From contig CALCQG010000005.1 of assembly GCA_937897575.1 (NCBI GenBank), positions 80,526 to 112,661 of the forward strand: a stretch of 32,136 bases of DNA, given 5' to 3'. A program made the translations under genes and the position numbers. Each line of letters opens with the position of its first letter. Position 1 is the stretch's first letter. Origin of the DNA: an uncultured Synergistales bacterium (GTDB taxonomy: Bacteria; Synergistota; Synergistia; Synergistales; Aminobacteriaceae). Shown here one piece after another: positions 26,582-32,136 of the stretch. The notes beneath the pieces were generated by a model that was given only the letters and a program-made list of their open reading frames with translations, had not been told where the DNA came from and did no database searches.

Positions 26582-27765
26582 GAGAGCGCCCCTCCCCTCA
26601 GCCGCGGGTCCGTCCGCTCCTCGAGGTACTTCCCCATGTCGAGGAAGGCGAGGCAGAGCACCGCGATCCCGAGCCCGGGAGGCAGCAGCATCCACCACGC
26701 CCCGGCGGTGAAGGTCCCGAAGGTCTGGGCCTCGTGGAGCATCCGCCCCCACGAGATGACCCTCGGGTCCGACAGCCCGAGGAAGGAGAGCCCCGCCTCG
26801 GAGAGGATGGCCCCCGGCACGCCCAGCGTCATGGTGGCCAGCAGCAGGGGCAGAGTCTCCGGAAGGAGGTGTCTGCGAAGGATGTAGGCCGTGGGGGCCC
26901 CGATGCCCCGAAGGTCCTCGATGTAGGCCGTGTCCCGGAGGGAGAGGGTCATGGCCCGGACGGTGCGGGCCGTCCCCATCCAGGAGAAGATGGAGAGGAT
27001 GAGGACGAGCTGCCAGAGCCCCTTGCCCCAGATGGCCGCCAGGGCCATGAGGATGGGCAGCATGGGGATGGAGAGGAGCAGGTCCACGAGGCGCATGGCC
27101 GCGCTGTCGAACCACCCGCCCAGATACCCCGCCGCGAGGCCCACGGTGGTCCCCAGAGCCGTGGCGATGAGGGTCGCCATGATGCCCACGAGGAGGGAGA
27201 CCCGGATGCCCGCCACGAAGAGGGCCGCGATGTCCCGCCCCCGCTGGTCCGTCCCGAAGAGCCCCCACCGCCCGCCGTCGAGCCGAAGGCGGACCGTGCC
27301 CTCCCACGGGCCTTGCCCGTCCACGGAGAGACGGTAGGTCCCCCGTTCGTCCAGCAGCGACGCCGCCCCGTCGGCGAAGGGAGGGAGCCCGAGGGCCCGC
27401 TTGAAGGCCATGTCTCGGCCGTCCCGCTCCACGCCCTTTTTCAGGGGGGCGATCTCCACGGTGCGGCCGCCGGGCTTCGTCCAGAGGATTGTGCGCCCGG
27501 GAGCGTCCGCCACCATGTCCGCCGCCACGAAGAACCGCGACGGAGCGCCCCAGGACCAGGGGATCTCCGCCGACGGCGCGTCGGGCGTCAGGTCCGCCGT
27601 GACCGTGGGGGGCAGGGACCGGTCGAGCCAGAAGGGCTTCGAGAAGGGAGCCGCCACCTCGGCGTCGGGCGGGGCGGAGAAGAGCCGCCCCCCGAAGAGG
27701 GCGAGGGCCGCGAGGAGGACGAGGCACCAGAAGCTCCACCGCCTCGTCAAAGTCCTCCGTCTCAT
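26578..27765 (-). CDS. Peptide/nickel ABC permease (OppC/DppC-like) with long soluble insertion
   Basis: FGTDQRGRD, RVSLLVG, RHLLP, EAGLSFLG, SWGRML, WW.LLPPG; ATG 27765 overlaps the OppB stop. Confidence 0.9.
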   Translation of the reverse strand: MRRRTLTRRWSFWCLVLLAALALFGGRLFSAPPDAEVAAPFSKPFWLDRSLPPTVTADLTPDAPSAEIPWSWGAPSRFFVAADMVADAPGRTILWTKPGGRTVEIAPLKKGVERDGRDMAFKRALGLPPFADGAASLLDERGTYRLSVDGQGPWEGTVRLRLDGGRWGLFGTDQRGRDIAALFVAGIRVSLLVGIMATLIATALGTTVGLAAGYLGGWFDSAAMRLVDLLLSIPMLPILMALAAIWGKGLWQLVLILSIFSWMGTARTVRAMTLSLRDTAYIEDLRGIGAPTAYILRRHLLPETLPLLLATMTLGVPGAILSEAGLSFLGLSDPRVISWGRMLHEAQTFGTFTAGAWWMLLPPGLGIAVLCLAFLDMGKYLEERTDPRLRGGALS

Positions 27766-28739
27766 CGTCCTCGCCCTCTCTCGAGGCGCACCCGCGGGTC
27801 CGTCACGCCGTAGAGCAGGTCCGACGCCAGGGTGCTCGCCACGGTGAGCAGGGCCAACAGGAAGAAGGACGCCCCGGCGGCGGGGTAGTCGTGCCCCGTC
27901 ACGGCCTCCATGAGGAACCGCCCCACCCCGTGGAGGGAGAAAACCGTCTCTGTGAGCACCGCCCCGCTCACCACCCCGGGCAGCGAGAGCAGGAGGATGG
28001 TCAGCAGGGGAGGCAGCAGCATCCGGAAGGCGTGCCCCCGGAGGACGCGCCGCTCGGGCAGCCCCCGTCCCCGGGCCATGAGGATGAAGTCCTCGCCGAG
28101 GATCTTCACCATGAGGTTCCGGACGTAGAGCGCCCACCCGCCGAAACCCAGCAGAACCTGGGAGAGGACGGGCAGGGCGAGGTGCCAGACGTAGTCGAGA
28201 AAGAGCGCCGCGCCCCCCAGGGGCGGCGGCACCGACAGGCTCCCCCGGAGGGGAAAGATGGGGATGGCTGCCGCGAAGACCATGAGGAGCATGAGCTGGA
28301 AGAAGAAGGAGGGGAAGGAGTAGGACAGGGCGCCCCCCCAGAGGACCAGCCGTTCGAGCGCCCCTCCCCGCTTTCGGGCGGCCTGGATTCCCAGCCACGT
28401 GCCGAGCAGGGCGGAGAGGAGCAGGCTCGACCCCAGCAGGGCCACGGTGTTCGGCACCCGGGACCGGAGCTCGTCGGCCACGGGGCGCCCGGTGAGGAAG
28501 GAGATGCCGAAGTCGAAGGAGAGGCTGGACTTCACGTAGAGGGCGAACTGGGTGAGCATCGGCTTGTCCAGGCCGTAGACCTCCATGAGGCGGGCCTTCG
28601 CTTCGGGGGAGAACTTCGGGTCCACGATGGAGGCCACCGGGTCGCCGGGCATCATGCGGAAGAGCACGAAGTTCAGGACCAGCACGAGGGCCAGGATCAG
28701 GACGGAGCTGCCGACCCGCCGCGCCCAGTAGCTTCTCAC
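27762..28739 (-). CDS. Peptide/nickel ABC permease (OppB/DppB-like)
   Basis: MPGDP, YGLDKP..QF, DFGISF, EDFILMARGRG, ETVFS..GVG, DPRVR. Confidence 0.92.
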   Translation of the reverse strand: MRSYWARRVGSSVLILALVLVLNFVLFRMMPGDPVASIVDPKFSPEAKARLMEVYGLDKPMLTQFALYVKSSLSFDFGISFLTGRPVADELRSRVPNTVALLGSSLLLSALLGTWLGIQAARKRGGALERLVLWGGALSYSFPSFFFQLMLLMVFAAAIPIFPLRGSLSVPPPLGGAALFLDYVWHLALPVLSQVLLGFGGWALYVRNLMVKILGEDFILMARGRGLPERRVLRGHAFRMLLPPLLTILLLSLPGVVSGAVLTETVFSLHGVGRFLMEAVTGHDYPAAGASFFLLALLTVASTLASDLLYGVTDPRVRLERGRGR

Positions 28740-28743
28740 CGAT

Positions 28744-30408
28744 TTATCTCCCCAAGCCCAGCCAGAACGTCTCGTTCGCCGTCATGCGGACGTACTCCCC
28801 GGGGCGGTACTCCCTGAAGACGAAGGGGCCCGTCCCGACGAGCCCGGTGAGCGTCTGGTCGTCGGGGCTCTTCTCCCCCGCCGGGAGCCAGGTCCTCCAC
28901 TCCTTCACCGTCTCCAGAACATGCTTCGGGAATATGGGTAGGCCGCCGATGCCGTGGAGGTGCCAGAAGCTCCTATTCTTCATGGTCACCTTCAGCGTGT
29001 GGTCGTCGGGCGTCTCGATCGCCTCCACGTGCATCACGCTGTCGTAGTATCGCGGCACCTCGTTCTTCCTGAGAAATTCGATGGTCGCGGCGGCGTCGGC
29101 GGACGTGAAGGGGCGTCCGTCCTGCCAGACCACGCCCTCGCGAAGCGTGAAGGCGAGGGCCGTGCGCATCCCCTCGGGCCCCTCCTCGTCGGAGACGGAC
29201 CAGGACGTGGCGAGCCACGGCATGTCCTCGAGGGTCTCAGGGTCGCTGGCCATGAGCCCGTCGTAGATCATGCCCAGGATCTGCCAGTCGTAGGCCGTGG
29301 TGGACGTAAAGGGGCTCAGGGCCCTCGGCTCGTCGGTCTGGGCCAGGTACAGCGGGCGCATGGGCCCCGACTCGGGCTCCATGGCCAGCAGAGTCCAGAG
29401 GTTGTCCGCCGTGGTCCGCTCCGACGTGAACACGTTCTTCCACCCCTTGCGGATCGCCGAGATGGAGTAGCGGCTGTAGAGCGGCACGGCGGGGACGAGG
29501 TCCGAGAGCATCTTCTGGGCCTCCGACGCCGCCGCGGCGGCCGCCGTCCCGTCGGGGGCGAACTTCAGCCTGTCCAGAACGTCGTCGAGGGCTGTGTCCT
29601 GGACGCCCGACAGATTGTACCCCCCCGGCACGTCCATCTTGGACGAATAGAAGGAGTAGAGGGAGTCGGGGTCCTTCCCCATGGACCAGGCCATGACGTA
29701 CATCCCGAAGTTCCGTTTGTCCAGCCGGGCCAGCATGGTGGAGAAGTCCATGGGCTCCGCCGTGGTTGGGATGCCGATGCTCGTCAGGGCCTCCGCCGCG
29801 CGCACGGCGATCTCCGTCGTCGTAGGGGCCACCGAGGCCGTGGGGGAGAGGATCTTCTGGGGAGGGACCGCACGGCCGTCGGGGGAGACGAGCACGCCGT
29901 CTCCTCCCTTCGTCCACCCCGCGTCCGCGAGGCGCTTCGCCGCCGCAGCAGGGTCGTAGGCGTAGGTGGTCACGCCGGGCTCGAAGTAGGGGGACACGGG
30001 CGGCAGGTAGGTGGCCAGAGGTTCGGCGTACCCCGAGAAGAGGTCGCGGACGATCCGCTCCCTGGGGATGGCCTGACAGGCCGCGCGGCGAAGCTCCGCC
30101 TCGCTCCAGGGGAAGGTCCGAGCGTTGAACCCCAGGAAGAAGGCATGGAACCCCGAGGCCAGGGACATGTCCACGGCGGGGTTCTTCGACAGGGCCGCGA
30201 TGTCCACCGGCCGGGCGAGGTCGCTCAGCATGTCGATCTTCCCCCCTTCGAGGGCGAGAAGCTGGGCGTCGGGGTCCCGGAGGATCACCAGATAGAGGTC
30301 CTTCACTTTGGGAACGCCGTAGGCTCCGGGATCGAACGCCGCCGACGCCGGGAGGGCGGCGAGGAGCGTCAGCAGAATCGAGGCGGACAGCAGTTTTTTC
30401 ACGGTCAT
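28744..30408 (-). CDS. Family-5 ABC solute-binding protein (OppA/DppA-like), circularly permuted
   Basis: Signal peptide ending ASA-A; IYDGL, PWLATSW, FTLREGV.WQDG.PFTSAD and GTGPF lie in the C-terminal third; extended -10 TGCTAGAAT at 30452-30444. Confidence 0.9.
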   Translation of the reverse strand: MTVKKLLSASILLTLLAALPASAAFDPGAYGVPKVKDLYLVILRDPDAQLLALEGGKIDMLSDLARPVDIAALSKNPAVDMSLASGFHAFFLGFNARTFPWSEAELRRAACQAIPRERIVRDLFSGYAEPLATYLPPVSPYFEPGVTTYAYDPAAAAKRLADAGWTKGGDGVLVSPDGRAVPPQKILSPTASVAPTTTEIAVRAAEALTSIGIPTTAEPMDFSTMLARLDKRNFGMYVMAWSMGKDPDSLYSFYSSKMDVPGGYNLSGVQDTALDDVLDRLKFAPDGTAAAAAASEAQKMLSDLVPAVPLYSRYSISAIRKGWKNVFTSERTTADNLWTLLAMEPESGPMRPLYLAQTDEPRALSPFTSTTAYDWQILGMIYDGLMASDPETLEDMPWLATSWSVSDEEGPEGMRTALAFTLREGVVWQDGRPFTSADAAATIEFLRKNEVPRYYDSVMHVEAIETPDDHTLKVTMKNRSFWHLHGIGGLPIFPKHVLETVKEWRTWLPAGEKSPDDQTLTGLVGTGPFVFREYRPGEYVRMTANETFWLGLGR

Positions 30409-30668
30409 GACGGTGGCTCCCTTTCTCTCGGGGATTTCAGATCATTCTAGCAGATGGGCACCGCGGGAGAGAGGATAAAACTACGGAAACAGAGGCGGCG
30501 AGGCAAACCTTCTTCAATGGCGCGGGAGAATATCTCCGCCGTTGCGGCGGGGTGACGGTCCGTTGAAAAAACGCCCAAGATGTGATTTCATGACCGCAAG
30601 GCGCCCCGCTTCGATGCGGGGAAGCGCTACACGGACTCCCGGCAGCGGGAAGGAGGGTGCGACGGCTC

Positions 30669-31448
30669 ATGAGACAGTATGTGGTGGACGCGTTCAGCGA
30701 AAAAATCTTCGGCGGGAACCCCGCGGCGATATGCGTCATGGACCGCTGGCTGACCGACGAACTGATGACCGACATCGCGATGGAGAATAACCTGTCCGAG
30801 ACGGCCTTCGCGGTGAGGGAGGGGGAGAAGTACCGCCTGCGCTGGTTCACCCTGGGCGGCGAGATCGACCTGTGCGGCCACGCCACCCTGGCGTGCGCCT
30901 ACGTCCTCATGAATCATGTGGCGAAGGATATGGATACCGTGGTGTTCGACACGCTGAGCGGCGATCTGACCGTGAAGCGGGACGGCGATCGCTACGAGAT
31001 GGACTTTCCCGCCTACGCCCTGCGGCCGGCCGGGGTGACGGAGGAGATGGCCGCGGCCATCGGCGCCATGCCGGCGGAGGCCTACATGGGGCGGGACCTG
31101 CTCTGCGTCGTCGACGACGAGGAGACCGTGCGGCGGCTTGCCCCTGATATGGACAGGGTCAAGGGCTTGGACGGTCTGCTGCTCCACGTCACCGCTCCGG
31201 GGCGCGATGTGGACTGCGTCTCCCGGAGCTTCGCCCCGAAGCTGAACGTCGCGGAGGACCCGGTGTGCGGTTCGGGGCACTGCCACATCGTCCCCTACTG
31301 GGTCGAACGGCTGAAAAAACGGTCCATCGTGGCCTATCAGGCATCCAGAAGAGGGGGGACGCTGTACTGCAGTATGGAGGGCGGCCGGGTGCAGCTCGGC
31401 GGCAAGGCGGCGCTGTACTCCCTGGCGGAGATTCACATCAGAGCGTGA
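30669..31448 (+). CDS. PhzF family isomerase/epimerase-like protein
   Basis: VDAFS...GGNPA, NLSETAF, LRWFT...EIDLCGHATLA, EDPVCGSGH, SRRGG; AGGAGG RBS. Confidence 0.93.
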   Translation: MRQYVVDAFSEKIFGGNPAAICVMDRWLTDELMTDIAMENNLSETAFAVREGEKYRLRWFTLGGEIDLCGHATLACAYVLMNHVAKDMDTVVFDTLSGDLTVKRDGDRYEMDFPAYALRPAGVTEEMAAAIGAMPAEAYMGRDLLCVVDDEETVRRLAPDMDRVKGLDGLLLHVTAPGRDVDCVSRSFAPKLNVAEDPVCGSGHCHIVPYWVERLKKRSIVAYQASRRGGTLYCSMEGGRVQLGGKAALYSLAEIHIRA

Positions 31449-31508
31449 GACGAAGTCGTCACCCAGCGAAAGGGTGGCAGACGATCGAGTGTCAATGGTT
31501 TCCTTCGC

Positions 31509-31679
31509 CTTGTCCCGAGGGTGGAGCGGATGACCACCGATTCCCAGTCAGGGGAGATTTGCGCAGATGCTCTGCCGAGTTTTATGAAGGAGCGGACAGC
31601 TTGTCCTGTGCCGAGGGGGTAGAAGATGCCCAACGATTCCCCATCAGGAGAGCCGTGCGTCCGATGCTCTGCCGAATTT
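31509..31679 (+). repeat. Degenerate tandem repeat (two units, ~91-97 bp period) related to the element after pepV
   Basis: Both units read CTTGTCC...CCGAGGG...GATG(A/C)CC..CGATTCCC..TCAGG..AGA...GATGCTCTGCCGA.TTT; 13-mer GATGCTCTGCCGA at 31566 and 31663. Confidence 0.8.
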
Positions 31680-31854
31680 CACGAGGCCACGAACAGCTCG
31701 CCTCCCTTGCACTCCTCACTCTGTGCGGGGTGGTGGCCGACACATTCGGTCATCTGCTCTTGATGGCTACCCGCGCATGCTATGTGCAACGAAGACAGAG
31801 TGATCGGTACAACAGATGCCCCTCACCAGAGGGGCACCTGTTGTGCTGCCTGCT

Positions 31855-31888
31855 AAAAACGGGGGGCCGTGGAAGCGGCGCCCCCGTT
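31855..31888 (-). terminator. Intrinsic terminator of the adhesin-like gene
   Basis: AACGGGGGGCCG...CGGCGCCCCCGTT stem with AAAAA on the left, giving a minus-strand U-tract; 16 nt past the stop. Confidence 0.8.
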
Positions 31889-31904
31889 CTATGGAGTTCC
31901 GTGT

Positions 31905-32136
31905 CTACTTCATGTTCAGCTTCTGCATGATGGCGGCAAGCTGAGCCTCCATGGTGGCGATCTTCTCGGCCTGGGCGGCGTTGGTCTCCTTCATCTCGGC
32001 GTTCTCGTGGTCGAGCTGCGCGATCCGCTGATCCTGTTCCTGGACTTTGCTCTGGAGCTGGATGTTCTCCTGCTGCATGACGTACACGCTGCTGATGGGC
32101 CCCTTCCGGTACCGCTCAGGAATCTCGTGCTCGTCC
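31905..32136 (-). CDS. C-terminal coiled-coil tail of a probable YadA-like trimeric autotransporter adhesin (partial)
   Basis: Frame open to the window end: DEHEIPERYRKGPISSVYVMQQEN...; the P(E/D)RY..GPISSVYVMQ motif followed by a coiled coil is one I recall from post-anchor tails of YadA-like proteins of diderm anaerobes. Confidence 0.65.
   Translation of the reverse strand, partial: DEHEIPERYRKGPISSVYVMQQENIQLQSKVQEQDQRIAQLDHENAEMKETNAAQAEKIATMEAQLAAIMQKLNMK

Noticed and set aside
25020..30408. Calling the ABC importer a nickel (Nik) system because larC is in the window
   Set aside because: larC is over 8 kb away and no Ni-specific residues or NikR site were identified; substrate left open
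31433..31633. Minus-strand 66-aa ORF with an SPD(G/W)ES word in the repeat copies
   Set aside because: Copies differ by a 2-nt indel that breaks the frame, there is no good RBS, and it overlaps the phzF stop; non-coding repeat is the simpler reading
31646..31680. GGAGAGCCGTG resembling the start of group II intron domain V
   Set aside because: The downstream sequence does not complete the domain V hairpin and no reverse transcriptase remnant is visible

Overview
GC-rich (by eye mid-60s %) bacterial chromosome segment. Gene content (amino-acid/peptide metabolism, YkvI and Opp-type transporters, LarC, DUF3343, a YadA-type C-terminus) suggests an anaerobic amino-acid fermenter such as a Synergistota member; this is inference only. 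It holds about 33 CDS: PIN-like partial gene, two small stress-type proteins, RidA, DinB, stand-alone DnaK, DUF2156, MFS, two CoA-disulfide-reductase-family flavoproteins, PepV, CapA, LarC, RNase HI-SWIM, PrcB-like, two PLP aminotransferases, YkvI, an MsbA-like exporter, an Opp-type ABC operon, PhzF and a partial adhesin. One AT-rich islet (~9.6-11.6 kb) encodes a Schlafen/AlbA_2-domain protein. The best signals lie outside the supplied ORF track: (1) a complete-looking leader-peptide attenuator with mixed Tyr/Trp/Phe control codons upstream of the YkvI gene; (2) a structured non-coding repeat family found after both pepV and phzF; (3) a 54-aa CxxCxxCxxC microprotein coupled to capA; (4) paired CtsR-type boxes on the orphan dnaK promoter; (5) a CsoR/CstR-type operator on the CoA-persulfide-reductase-like gene; (6) a circularly permuted peptide-binding protein; (7) a perfect 21-bp direct repeat behind the AlbA_2 gene. 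No rRNA, tRNA, CRISPR array, transposase or integrase was recognised. All family calls come from motif recognition, not database searches.
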